This document shows positions 48,567-56,436 of a stretch of DNA of 64,000 nt, piece by piece. The stretch is from a virus. The DNA is taken from the IMG/VR virus record IMGVR_UViG_3300043438_001221; one strand, written 5' to 3'. A program made the position numbers and the translations under genes. Under the pieces are notes generated by a model that saw only the letters and a list, made by a program, of their open reading frames with translations, was not told the DNA's origin and made no database searches. Position 1 is the first letter of the stretch. Each line of letters begins with the position of its first letter.

Positions 48567-50627
48567 TTATTTAAGATATTTGGAATACACTCGATATAAA
48601 TTGGTGTAATTGTGTTTTTTGGATAGAACTTCAAAATTACTTTTTTCCGTGGAAGGTGTATCGCGGAAAGAATTTTCTCTCGCTTCATAGTGTTCAATCT
48701 CCATGAGGCAATATAAGCGCAAAGCGTTTAAGATGTGGGGAAAGAATTCATCCAGAAATTGCACGAATTGGAAATTCTTATTATCCATATTTTTAAAATT
48801 TATCTTGAAATTGTCAGTTACTAACACATTGTTGTAATTATATACCGTGGTGACACCCATCATTAAAAAGTCTATACCTTCCATGGGATTGGTATATGAT
48901 TCAAAAAATTTATCAAATTGTAGCTGTGCTGGATCATCTCCAGCTTTGGGTTTGAAATTTTCCATTGCCAAATTGGTGATAATTTTTTCGGTAATATCGG
49001 TTAAATTTCTCAGGTTGGTTGTTGGATAATCAACACCAGTATTGGTCGCCCACAACAATAATTTAGCTGGAGCATCTACATTAAATGCTTTCATGGGTTT
49101 ATTTCCCTTCAGTGCAAAATTTTCAAACCATTCCTCTTCATCCGCCAGATACTCGGTGATCATGGAATAATTTGGATCACCATCTGGTGCTTCTTTTATA
49201 AAACCAGCTTCCACGAATATTTCCAATAATTCATCCTCATCATCCAACATATCCTCGATCTTATCGTCAAAATTCTTTAGATAATGACAATAAGTACCAA
49301 ATTTATCGGAATCGTTATGATATTCCTCGTCTGAAAAATGGATTTCCAAGCTGGTGTTGGTTAGGATCATTCGATATATGTTTATGTCAGCGGCATCATA
49401 TATGTATTGGAACAATTGGGAATATTCATAATCTTCATCATATTCCCCGTCACGCGCCTTACTAACATCGTAATCTTCAACTTCCAATTCAACATCATCC
49501 GGTAAATTGAACTTGGTTAAATCAATGGTGGATGTTCCATTGGCTTGGAACATGGGTTGTTCATCATTATCATACCAATAATCAACACTGCTATATGTCA
49601 ATCTGTTGTTATACCGCTCTTTTATTTCCTCAAGCTCATCTTTCAGACCCAATTGGGAATGTCTGTTTTCAGTGTTTTCATCATCCCAATCATGTTCAAT
49701 CCTTTTAAAATCGGATGAATCTTGTTGGTTCTCTTCATCCGAAAAATAATTGGCAACCAGATCACGGATTTCATCGTCGTAATATGTCCCCCCTTTTTTA
49801 GTATAAGAATTGCCCCGGAAATCTTCAGGTGTGGTTGATTGCTTCCCTTTTAGGTAATTCACCAAGGATTTGTAGAAATTGGGAATCGTAGTATCCCCAT
49901 ATATCTTGGTATCGGGAATGGCAATCTCATCCCCATTATCATCTACCAGACGGCGAACGCGCAAACGGGACATGGGGCGCAATCCATAAGCACCGGATAT
50001 TCCCCTATCGGAATCCACGAATATTTCCCTCTTCTGAAAATCCTCTTCCGTAAGCTCGTTGAAATCCTCTTCTCGCACTACATAGGCAACAGCACCCCCC
50101 GAAATGGCTTCTTGGATGGCGCATTGAAAATATCCCCCACCTTGGGAGTGACAGGATGATATGTTGCGGTGATCGGACATGCGAACCACATCAATGGGAG
50201 CGCGGGAGAGAATGACTATGAATTCCGGCTTCTCAAAAGCTGCTTCCAGATTGTCCTTATACATCGCAAACCAATCCAGATATTTTTTCTTTTTGTTTTC
50301 CGATACTTTCAGGGCAGCAATCGCTTTGCCAATGTTGATCTTCTGTTCCTTGTGTTCTCCCTGTCCATACTTTGGATCAAGCTTGATTTTCCTAATGACT
50401 TCCCCTTTCTTCAAATCCACCTTGTCAAAATGCTGGATTCTTTTCATGTCATCCATGATACTCTGAGCCGTAATGTCCGTTCCAATGGGAAATGCCACGC
50501 GCATCTTGTCTCCAAAAATATGATCAAAAGGTAGGTCATCTGAATGTTGGTTGAGATAATCCACGACCTTTTGGTTCATCTCTGTGATGAGGACGGATTC
50601 GTAGAGTTCTTGGAGTTGGAAAATCAT
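48567..50627 (-). CDS. large acidic hypothetical protein (late, possible internal head protein)
   Basis: 686-aa ORF with LYES..ITE leader and late promoter. Confidence 0.7.
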   Translation of the reverse strand: MIFQLQELYESVLITEMNQKVVDYLNQHSDDLPFDHIFGDKMRVAFPIGTDITAQSIMDDMKRIQHFDKVDLKKGEVIRKIKLDPKYGQGEHKEQKINIGKAIAALKVSENKKKKYLDWFAMYKDNLEAAFEKPEFIVILSRAPIDVVRMSDHRNISSCHSQGGGYFQCAIQEAISGGAVAYVVREEDFNELTEEDFQKREIFVDSDRGISGAYGLRPMSRLRVRRLVDDNGDEIAIPDTKIYGDTTIPNFYKSLVNYLKGKQSTTPEDFRGNSYTKKGGTYYDDEIRDLVANYFSDEENQQDSSDFKRIEHDWDDENTENRHSQLGLKDELEEIKERYNNRLTYSSVDYWYDNDEQPMFQANGTSTIDLTKFNLPDDVELEVEDYDVSKARDGEYDEDYEYSQLFQYIYDAADINIYRMILTNTSLEIHFSDEEYHNDSDKFGTYCHYLKNFDDKIEDMLDDEDELLEIFVEAGFIKEAPDGDPNYSMITEYLADEEEWFENFALKGNKPMKAFNVDAPAKLLLWATNTGVDYPTTNLRNLTDITEKIITNLAMENFKPKAGDDPAQLQFDKFFESYTNPMEGIDFLMMGVTTVYNYNNVLVTDNFKINFKNMDNKNFQFVQFLDEFFPHILNALRLYCLMEIEHYEARENSFRDTPSTEKSNFEVLSKKHNYTNLYRVYSKYLK

Positions 50628-50655
50628 ATTATTATTTAAGGGATAATGTGAAAAA

Positions 50656-50729
50656 TGGTAGCCCCACCGAATTTCGAGTTCGGAACCTACAGAGTCAAAA
50701 TCTGTTGCTCTACTTTGAGCTATGGGGCG
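50656..50729 (-). tRNA. tRNA-Gln(TTG)
   Basis: Cloverleaf, anticodon arm ACAGA-TTTTGAC-TCTGT, CCA encoded. Confidence 0.85.
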
Positions 50730-50731
50730 AT

Positions 50732-50821
50732 TGGTGGGTGCCGCTGGAGTCGAACCAGCACAGACTTATTGATGTTGCCGCTAATTTACAGTCAGCTTTG
50801 CTCTCCAATGCTAGGACACCC
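50732..50821 (-). tRNA. tRNA-Tyr(GTA)
   Basis: GCTGA-CTGTAAA-TTAGC, long variable arm, GGTTCGACTCC, CCA. Confidence 0.85.
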
Positions 50822-50822
50822 G

Positions 50823-50900
50823 TGGTCAAGTGGGAGGAATTTGAATCCCCAATCTCTCCCGTCCAAAGGGAGCGCGATAGCCAGATTACGCCACCACTTG
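50823..50900 (-). tRNA. tRNA-Pro(TGG)
   Basis: CTCCC-TTTGGAC-GGGAG, CCA. Confidence 0.88.
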
Positions 50901-50910
50901 ATGAAAAATA

Positions 50911-50984
50911 AGCCTCTGGTCGGAATCGAACCGAAAACATAACCTGATTACAAATCAGACATTCTACCGTTGAATTACAGAGGC
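50911..50984 (-). tRNA. tRNA-Thr(TGT)
   Basis: TCTGA-TTTGTAA-TCAGG, GGTTCGATTCC; CCA not encoded. Confidence 0.85.
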
Positions 50985-50989
50985 GATAG

Positions 50990-51063
50990 CACACCAGAAG
51001 GGACTTGAACCCTCAGAATTACCGCGTGAAAGGCGGTTGGCTTTACCATTTGCCTACTGGTGC
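50990..51063 (-). tRNA. tRNA-Glu(TTC)
   Basis: ACCGC-CTTTCAC-GCGGT, GGTTCAAGTCC. Confidence 0.85.
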
Positions 51064-51072
51064 ATTGAAAAT

Positions 51073-51165
51073 TGGCTCTTAGGGGTGGGGTCGAACCACC
51101 ATACCGCTCGGAGACGGATTACAACAAATTAACAGTTTGCCCTCTTGCCATTAGAGTACCTAAGA
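51073..51165 (-). tRNA. tRNA-Asn(GTT) with atypical long variable arm
   Basis: GCAAA-CTGTTAA-TTTGT, ~23-nt variable region, CCA. Confidence 0.8.
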
Positions 51166-51167
51166 TT

Positions 51168-51254
51168 TGGTGGGTTCGGCAGAATTCGAATCTGCGATGT
51201 CCTTGCGGAGACGGATTAAAAGTCCGTTGGTTTCAGCCACTTACCTACAAACCC
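51168..51254 (-). tRNA. tRNA-Lys(TTT) with atypical long variable arm
   Basis: ACGGA-CTTTTAA-TCCGT, variable hairpin TCC-GCAA-GGA, CCA. Confidence 0.82.
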
Positions 51255-51331
51255 ATAAAATATATTTCAACATTTATATTAGTCTTTCACCACTCTCTAG
51301 CTTTTCTGGCAGCTTGGTTCACCCTCAAAAC

Positions 51332-51360
51332 AAAAAACCCCATCTCGTTAAAGATGGGGC
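51332..51360 (-). terminator. intrinsic terminator (attenuator) upstream of the tRNA operon
   Basis: GCCCCATCT-TTAACG-AGATGGGGT followed by TTTTTGTTTT on the minus strand. Confidence 0.85.
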
Positions 51361-51388
51361 GCGAAAAACAGTAGCAATTACCATATAA

Positions 51389-51451
51389 TCATTCACGCCG
51401 CCACCCATATGGTGTCGGTTTCTCCTGATTATAATTTTGGTCGTTGCTCAT
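51389..51451 (-). CDS. putative attenuator leader peptide MSNDQNYNQEKPTPYGWRRE
   Basis: 20-codon ORF between CTAAATA and the terminator; codons 5-15 are all cognate to the downstream tRNAs. Confidence 0.7.
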   Translation of the reverse strand: MSNDQNYNQEKPTPYGWRRE

Positions 51452-51461
51452 GTCGTTATTC

Positions 51462-51629
51462 TTATTTAGCAGATTGGTTCGTTTTTTCAAGCGATTTTTT
51501 TAATTCTAGTGAAATTTGTATCAAATGTTCAGAATTGAATGGTGAATTGTAGCCTGTTGGTTTTGGATTGCTTGCCAAATATTCCAAAGCTTTGATGGCT
51601 TGTTGGTCACAGTTATTAATGAATTTCAT
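51462..51629 (-). CDS. hypothetical protein (55 aa, MKFINNCDQQAIKALEYL...)
   Basis: Read manually; ATGA overlap with the upstream gene. Confidence 0.55.
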   Translation of the reverse strand: MKFINNCDQQAIKALEYLASNPKPTGYNSPFNSEHLIQISLELKKSLEKTNQSAK

Positions 51630-52069
51630 TTGTTTGTTTTTTCAAGGAAAATTTTGTCAATAATTCCAATTTGTTGTTTTAGGTCTTCTCTTTTATCTTG
51701 CAATGTTCTTACGATCCCATCTTTATTTTTATCATTATAAGATTCAATTTCAATGATTTCGTCTATGGTGAACACGGAATCATCAGCTTTTTTGATATTA
51801 TACCAAGTTCCCCAATAATCCCAATCGTATTCAAATTCAAGACCATTCCATTGAAAATCTTTATATGTGGGAATATGATCACTGTTCAATCTGAATTGGG
51901 TGATCCTAGTCCTCACAATTCTATCAACAATCTCACCGGAAATCCAACCTTTGGATAAAATCTCCTTTGCCCATGTTTCGGCTTGGTTATCAATTTCCTG
52001 TTTCTCCAATTCTTTCTTTCGTTGTTCCAATTGCCAGATTTGCAATTCGATGTCGCTTATCGTTTTCAT
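51626..52069 (-). CDS. hypothetical protein
   Basis: Preceded by TAAAAACTAG-AA-TACAAT. Confidence 0.65.
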   Translation of the reverse strand: MKTISDIELQIWQLEQRKKELEKQEIDNQAETWAKEILSKGWISGEIVDRIVRTRITQFRLNSDHIPTYKDFQWNGLEFEYDWDYWGTWYNIKKADDSVFTIDEIIEIESYNDKNKDGIVRTLQDKREDLKQQIGIIDKIFLEKTNK

Positions 52070-52090
52070 GTCTCTATTGTATTCTAGTTT

Positions 52091-52315
52091 TTAAGGCACT
52101 CCAGCCCGCAATCGTTTTGATCTTCCGGTGTGATAGGAATTACTGGCAGCGAACAGCTTACCCTTCTCTTCGTAGATTGGAACCCTACCAAAGCTGATCA
52201 TATACCAGAGAAAGTGGATGTCAATCCTTTTGTCCATGCAGATGTGGATACCAAACGAAATATCGGGGTATCCGAAATCGGTGATCCAGAATCTTTTAAT
52301 CTTGTGGAATTTCAT
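52091..52315 (-). CDS. hypothetical protein
   Basis: Coupled ORF whose stop lies in the TAAAAACTAG motif. Confidence 0.55.
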   Translation of the reverse strand: MKFHKIKRFWITDFGYPDISFGIHICMDKRIDIHFLWYMISFGRVPIYEEKGKLFAASNSYHTGRSKRLRAGVP

Positions 52316-52659
52316 GATAAATTGTAATGTGCCTTCTTCACCAGATCGAGAATCCCCTTATGTTCCACGCAACAGTTCAGGAATTTCAACCAGTCCCCAA
52401 CACCAAAATTCTCAAGAAACGCAGCCTTGAATTCGGGATTCCAATCAAGGTATTCGTATTCATTCCCGTGGAAGGTTTCTTTTTTATTGATTACCGCTGG
52501 TATGATGTTGTTTGGTAATCCCTCCCACCCAATCGTTGGTTTTTGTTCGGGGTCTGATAGCAATTCCGCTTCGGTTGTAATACCATCCCCCGTGGCAAAG
52601 TATTCAAAAACCGCTAGGGAATAATTCTCAAGGTGTTTCGGTAGTCCTGTTATTGTCAT
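52312..52659 (-). CDS. hypothetical protein
   Basis: 115-aa ORF. Confidence 0.6.
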   Translation of the reverse strand: MTITGLPKHLENYSLAVFEYFATGDGITTEAELLSDPEQKPTIGWEGLPNNIIPAVINKKETFHGNEYEYLDWNPEFKAAFLENFGVGDWLKFLNCCVEHKGILDLVKKAHYNLS

Positions 52660-52882
52660 ATTTTAAAATTTCATTTGATAATTCGTCGTATATCCAATTC
52701 TTCCTACCCTTTCCAAAGATATTCAGAATCCGATTCCAAATTCTTTCCCATAGGGTAGGATAGTAATACATGATGATCGGCTCTGGATCAATCTCAACAG
52801 TCCAATTACCTTCCAATTTTCGGATTCCCTGTTTCACTTCAACTTTTTCAAATTGTATTTCAACGGTCTTCTTCATGTTCAT
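52628..52882 (-). CDS. small protein resembling an internal segment of gp23
   Basis: VEIQFEKVEVKQGIRKLEGNWTVEID vs gp23 IELKFEKTAVEAGTRRLATRWSVELE. Confidence 0.6.
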   Translation of the reverse strand: MNMKKTVEIQFEKVEVKQGIRKLEGNWTVEIDPEPIIMYYYPTLWERIWNRILNIFGKGRKNWIYDELSNEILKYDNNRTTETP

Positions 52883-52979
52883 TCTTATCCTTACACGTTC
52901 TTTTCCACTTGAACCATTTCAACCACTTACAGGTTGAGGTTTCGGTTTTGATTTTCTTTCGTAGCTTTTTGTATTTCAT

Positions 52980-53324
52980 TTAATAGATGGATCTGGAGTC
53001 ATCATTGAAAAAACTTTGAATCTTTTCCATCGCTTCTCGAATCTTTGCGTTTTTAAGTTCAATATCTCCCATACCCCTAGCATCCCCCAAGCTATTCAAT
53101 AGGATTCTCATGAAATCATGTAGCCCCATGTTTTTATTCGTCAATCTCCAATGAATTTCATTTTTAGCTGACTCAATCGCTAATTTTTCATTACCGTCAA
53201 ACGTCTTAGCTAAATTCAGTCTTTGGACATCATCCATCATATTTGGGGTGATTTTCAGGGAAGAATTAACCAATGATACAATTGTATCATCCCCATCTTT
53301 TTCTACTTTATATTTCAGTTTCAT
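52980..53324 (-). CDS. hypothetical protein
   Basis: ATGA-coupled ORF. Confidence 0.55.
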   Translation of the reverse strand: MKLKYKVEKDGDDTIVSLVNSSLKITPNMMDDVQRLNLAKTFDGNEKLAIESAKNEIHWRLTNKNMGLHDFMRILLNSLGDARGMGDIELKNAKIREAMEKIQSFFNDDSRSIY

Positions 53325-53602
53325 GACATTCGGGATGCTTCCCAATTCGTTAAAGGTGTCGAATTGTAATGGCAATCAATGTCATGGACTTCCCGCCAAT
53401 TTGCGAGACGGGATAGCTCGATGGCTAGATCATCTGCCAATTTCCTTTCAGCGGCAAGCTTATCAATATTATCGTTTAACATATTGATAATATTCTGTAA
53501 GGAATCACGAGAACCGATATATAGTTCCCCACATTCCGCGATTTCCAGCTTGCCGTTTTTCCTTCGATGAAGGACTACTTGACTTGGTTCTCCTGTGTTC
53601 AT
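53321..53602 (-). CDS. hypothetical protein
   Basis: ATGA-coupled ORF. Confidence 0.55.
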   Translation of the reverse strand: MNTGEPSQVVLHRRKNGKLEIAECGELYIGSRDSLQNIINMLNDNIDKLAAERKLADDLAIELSRLANWREVHDIDCHYNSTPLTNWEASRMS

Positions 53603-53919
53603 AATTCTATTTTTAAATTTTTAACTTTGGAATGAACTCCGTATATTTTACAACACTTGTTACATATGGTTGAAGAACACCACACCCCCGTTGACCTTCC
53701 AATTTTCAGGGTTCCACAATGGGGACATTTTAGAAGAAACGTCCAAATGGTTTCTTTGATTGGATTTCCCCAAGAATCTATTCCCTTGAATGGATCACCA
53801 TACAAATCTGTGTTTGCGTCCCATATTTCTTCGGGTAGGGAATATGCATACACAATATGTTCTTCAGGAATCATTGTTGGTGATCTGAAATCCGTCCCCA
53901 TTTCTTTACCTATGTTCAT
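53599..53919 (-). CDS. hypothetical Zn-ribbon protein
   Basis: CPHC...CNKC. Confidence 0.55.
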   Translation of the reverse strand: MNIGKEMGTDFRSPTMIPEEHIVYAYSLPEEIWDANTDLYGDPFKGIDSWGNPIKETIWTFLLKCPHCGTLKIGRSTGVWCSSTICNKCCKIYGVHSKVKNLKIEL

Positions 53920-53922
53920 AAT

Positions 53923-54213
53923 TTAATCTGTAATATAACACAAATCCCATCTTTCGCAAACAAAATTGAGACTATCCTTGATAAATTCCCGCATTGTTTT
54001 ATCATTGTTTGGTTCAATAGCTTCAAACCAAACCCCTCTAAGTTCTGATAGGAATGAAAAATCTTTTATAAATTCCTGTTTCAACGAATCATCGGGTAGC
54101 AGTAGCAATCCCTTTGAGTAATTTTCAATGTCTATTGCGACCTGAAAATCATATTTTCCTTCTTCAAGATCGACAATGGTTGCATTGTTTTTAGTTCTTA
54201 TGTAATGTGTCAT
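53923..54213 (-). CDS. hypothetical protein
   Basis: 96-aa ORF. Confidence 0.6.
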   Translation of the reverse strand: MTHYIRTKNNATIVDLEEGKYDFQVAIDIENYSKGLLLLPDDSLKQEFIKDFSFLSELRGVWFEAIEPNNDKTMREFIKDSLNFVCERWDLCYITD

Positions 54214-54223
54214 ATTTTGAAAG

Positions 54224-54297
54224 TGGCACAGGGAGAGGGTTTCGAACCCCCACCAACCGATTTGGAATCGGACATACTGCCGTTATACTATCCCTGA
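54224..54297 (-). tRNA. tRNA-Trp(CCA)
   Basis: CCGA-TTCCAAA-TCGG, GGTTCGAAACC, CCA. Confidence 0.85.
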
Positions 54298-54299
54298 AT

Positions 54300-54373
54300 T
54301 GGAGCGGGTGGAGGTAGTCGAAACCTCGTCTTCTGAGTGGAAGTCAGTTGCTCTACCGTTGAGCTACACCCGC
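54300..54373 (-). tRNA. tRNA-Gly(TCC)
   Basis: GCGGGTG acceptor, CTGA-CTTCCAC-TCAG, TCCA end. Confidence 0.9.
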
Positions 54374-54375
54374 TT

Positions 54376-54453
54376 TGGTAGGAGGAGTCAGATTTGAACT
54401 GACGATCTTTGGAGCATGAATCCAATGCTTTAACCTGACTAAGCTATCCTCCA
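54376..54453 (-). tRNA. tRNA-Met/Ile2(CAT)
   Basis: TTGGA-TTCATGC-TCCAA, CCA. Confidence 0.8.
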
Positions 54454-54470
54454 ATTGTTTTTTTGTTGAC

Positions 54471-54564
54471 TGGTTACGGAGGCAGGATTTGAACCATTTA
54501 TGCGCGTTTTTGTAGCCTTCGCCTTATGAGGACGACGAGATCGACCAGACTTCTCTACTCCGTG
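54471..54564 (-). tRNA. initiator-like tRNA-Met(CAT) with an insertion disrupting the variable loop and T stem (possibly pseudo)
   Basis: C1:A72 mismatch, CTCATAA loop, GGTTCAAATCC, about 17 extra nt. Confidence 0.6.
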
Positions 54565-54577
54565 TTTGAAGTTATAT

Positions 54578-54805
54578 TTAATCATGATATTCCGGTTTGT
54601 CAATGGGAAACCACATCCACTTCGGCATTTTTTGTAAATCGAGATACGTTCTCCCGATTCCGGGGCAGTCCCATATCTCAACACTCCGTTCATCGTCTTT
54701 GTAATTTTTGGAATGTGTGAAATATTTCAATTCTGGATTTTCGGATTTTTTCTTTATCACCCAATAATACCCAAAGGTTTCCGGTAGGTTTGGTTCAAAT
54801 TTCAT
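54578..54805 (-). CDS. hypothetical protein
   Basis: Preceded by TAAAAACTAG-AA-TACAAT. Confidence 0.6.
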   Translation of the reverse strand: MKFEPNLPETFGYYWVIKKKSENPELKYFTHSKNYKDDERSVEIWDCPGIGRTYLDLQKMPKWMWFPIDKPEYHD

Positions 54806-54826
54806 GTTCCGATTGTATTCTAGTTT

Positions 54827-55195
54827 TTAAAGACAATTTGCAGCCATCCTTGCCATGTTCCATCCTTCCGTGGTCGGCTCAAACCGCGCACATACGATAT
54901 GTCCGTCTCCCAGAATGTGGGGATCAAGCTTTCCAAAGTATTTCAAATCGATGTGGCAACGCAATAATAATAATTTATCGCCCTTGAAAGTGGTGCATCC
55001 CTCGTAATTCACCAGAAGGATCATTCCCCTTTCCAACTTTTCCTCTTTCAGAACCTTAAACTTGAAAGGGTTTGGATTGGGGGCATAAACCTTTTCCTTT
55101 GGAATCCTTAGAAAATTATTGATCGTTGAACTCGATGCCGTTTGGGGCGTTGAGTTGCTGTCACTGCTTTTTGATAATCCGATTGCCAATCCCAC
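54827..55195 (-). CDS. hypothetical protein
   Basis: Preceded by TAAAAACTAG-GC-TAAGAT. Confidence 0.6.
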   Translation of the reverse strand: MGLAIGLSKSSDSNSTPQTASSSTINNFLRIPKEKVYAPNPNPFKFKVLKEEKLERGMILLVNYEGCTTFKGDKLLLLRCHIDLKYFGKLDPHILGDGHIVCARFEPTTEGWNMARMAANCL

Positions 55196-55228
55196 GATGG
55201 CTTTATCTTAGCCTAGTTTTTAAACAAG

Positions 55229-55705
55229 TCAAGCATACAATTCGTCCTGCATTCCCGCAAGATATTCCCCATCCAATTCGCGGATCATCTTGGATTGCGC
55301 CACGATGTCGGGATTGATGATGATCACGGAAAGGTTCTCGTTCCGAATGTCCCCCTCTCCCGTGTTCTTGTAGAAAGCCAAATCGTATTGATCCAACCCT
55401 TTCACGAAACCGTAGCCATGATCGGAACCGTCATCGGGCAAAAGCTTGGGGAAAACGCTTCCCATTCGTAAAACCAATTCATACAAATAATATTTATTAT
55501 ATTTTCCCTCGTCATTTATCATGAAATCAGCACGGATCAAAGCCTGTTGTTCCGTGCCGCAATGGGAACCAGATTGGTAATCGTTCTTGGACGCTCTGGC
55601 GGATGATCGGAAAACCTTGATGTATTCCATTCCTACAATATCTTTCAATTTCGTGGTGGGGGTCAATTCCTGAATGTCATAGAAGGATTCCAAAAGTGTT
55701 CTCAT
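55229..55705 (-). CDS. putative ADP-ribosyltransferase-like protein
   Basis: VFR, GSHCGT..QA..R, Y...L, YD..FYKNTGEG...S.III.P pattern; late promoter. Confidence 0.45.
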   Translation of the reverse strand: MRTLLESFYDIQELTPTTKLKDIVGMEYIKVFRSSARASKNDYQSGSHCGTEQQALIRADFMINDEGKYNKYYLYELVLRMGSVFPKLLPDDGSDHGYGFVKGLDQYDLAFYKNTGEGDIRNENLSVIIINPDIVAQSKMIRELDGEYLAGMQDELYA

Positions 55706-55720
55706 GGAATTATTTAATGG

Positions 55721-55748
55721 TTGACATCCTTAAAAACTAAGGTATGAT
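55721..55748 (+). promoter_or_regulatory. sigma70-type promoter with TAAAAACTAA in the spacer
   Basis: TTGACA-TCCT-TAAAAACTAA-GG-TATGAT. Confidence 0.75.
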
Positions 55749-55757
55749 GGGGGAAAC

Positions 55758-56435
55758 ATGGAACGAATCATAGCAATATCCGATGTGCATGGGTGCTTGG
55801 CAAAGCTTAAGAACCTTTTCAAGAAAATCAAACCCACGGAGGAAGACACCATCATCTTTCTGGGGGATTACATTGATCGGGGGGAGGACTCCAAGGGTGT
55901 AATTGATTTCATCATCAAATTGCAAAAGAAATACAATGTAATTACCCTCAAGGGAAACCACGAACTCTTTGCAATTGATTCCTACAAAGCCATGCAAGGG
56001 CAAATGTCCAAGATGGACATGAGAAGGTCTTGGATGTTGAACGGAGGTAAGGAATGTCTCCAATCTTATGATAAGGAATCTTTCAACAGCGGTTATGAAA
56101 ACGCTGCCTTGGAAAAGATGTTCAGGATTCATGGCAAGTTCTTCAACGATCTTCAATTAACCTATGAGACGGAGAATCATATCTTTGTGCATGGTTTTCT
56201 GGCGCATGAACAGGATGTTGAGGATCAGGAGGAATGGTTGTGTCTCTGGGGTAGGTTTGGGGACATATACCCCCACAAGTCGGGAAAGATTGTCGTCTGT
56301 GGTCATACGACACACGAAGAACCCGTAGATCAGGGATTCAAGGTATGTATTGATACCGGATCGTTCAAGAGGGATGGTTGTATCACCGCGATGGTGATTG
56401 AAGGAAACAAAACACAATTTTTAAATAGTAACTAA
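55758..56435 (+). CDS. calcineurin-like Ser/Thr protein phosphatase
   Basis: SDVHG, GDYIDRG, GNHE, FVHG, GHT, IDTG. Confidence 0.9.
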   Translation: MERIIAISDVHGCLAKLKNLFKKIKPTEEDTIIFLGDYIDRGEDSKGVIDFIIKLQKKYNVITLKGNHELFAIDSYKAMQGQMSKMDMRRSWMLNGGKECLQSYDKESFNSGYENAALEKMFRIHGKFFNDLQLTYETENHIFVHGFLAHEQDVEDQEEWLCLWGRFGDIYPHKSGKIVVCGHTTHEEPVDQGFKVCIDTGSFKRDGCITAMVIEGNKTQFLNSN

Positions 56436-56436
56436 T

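Noticed and set aside
50990-51063. Possible UCA (opal suppressor or Sec) anticodon
   Set aside because: The stem register ACCGC/GCGGT centres TTC in the 7-nt loop, so this is tRNA-Glu
50648-51388. ORF-track predictions across the tRNA cluster (also 54439-54693)
   Set aside because: They overlap clear tRNA cloverleaves
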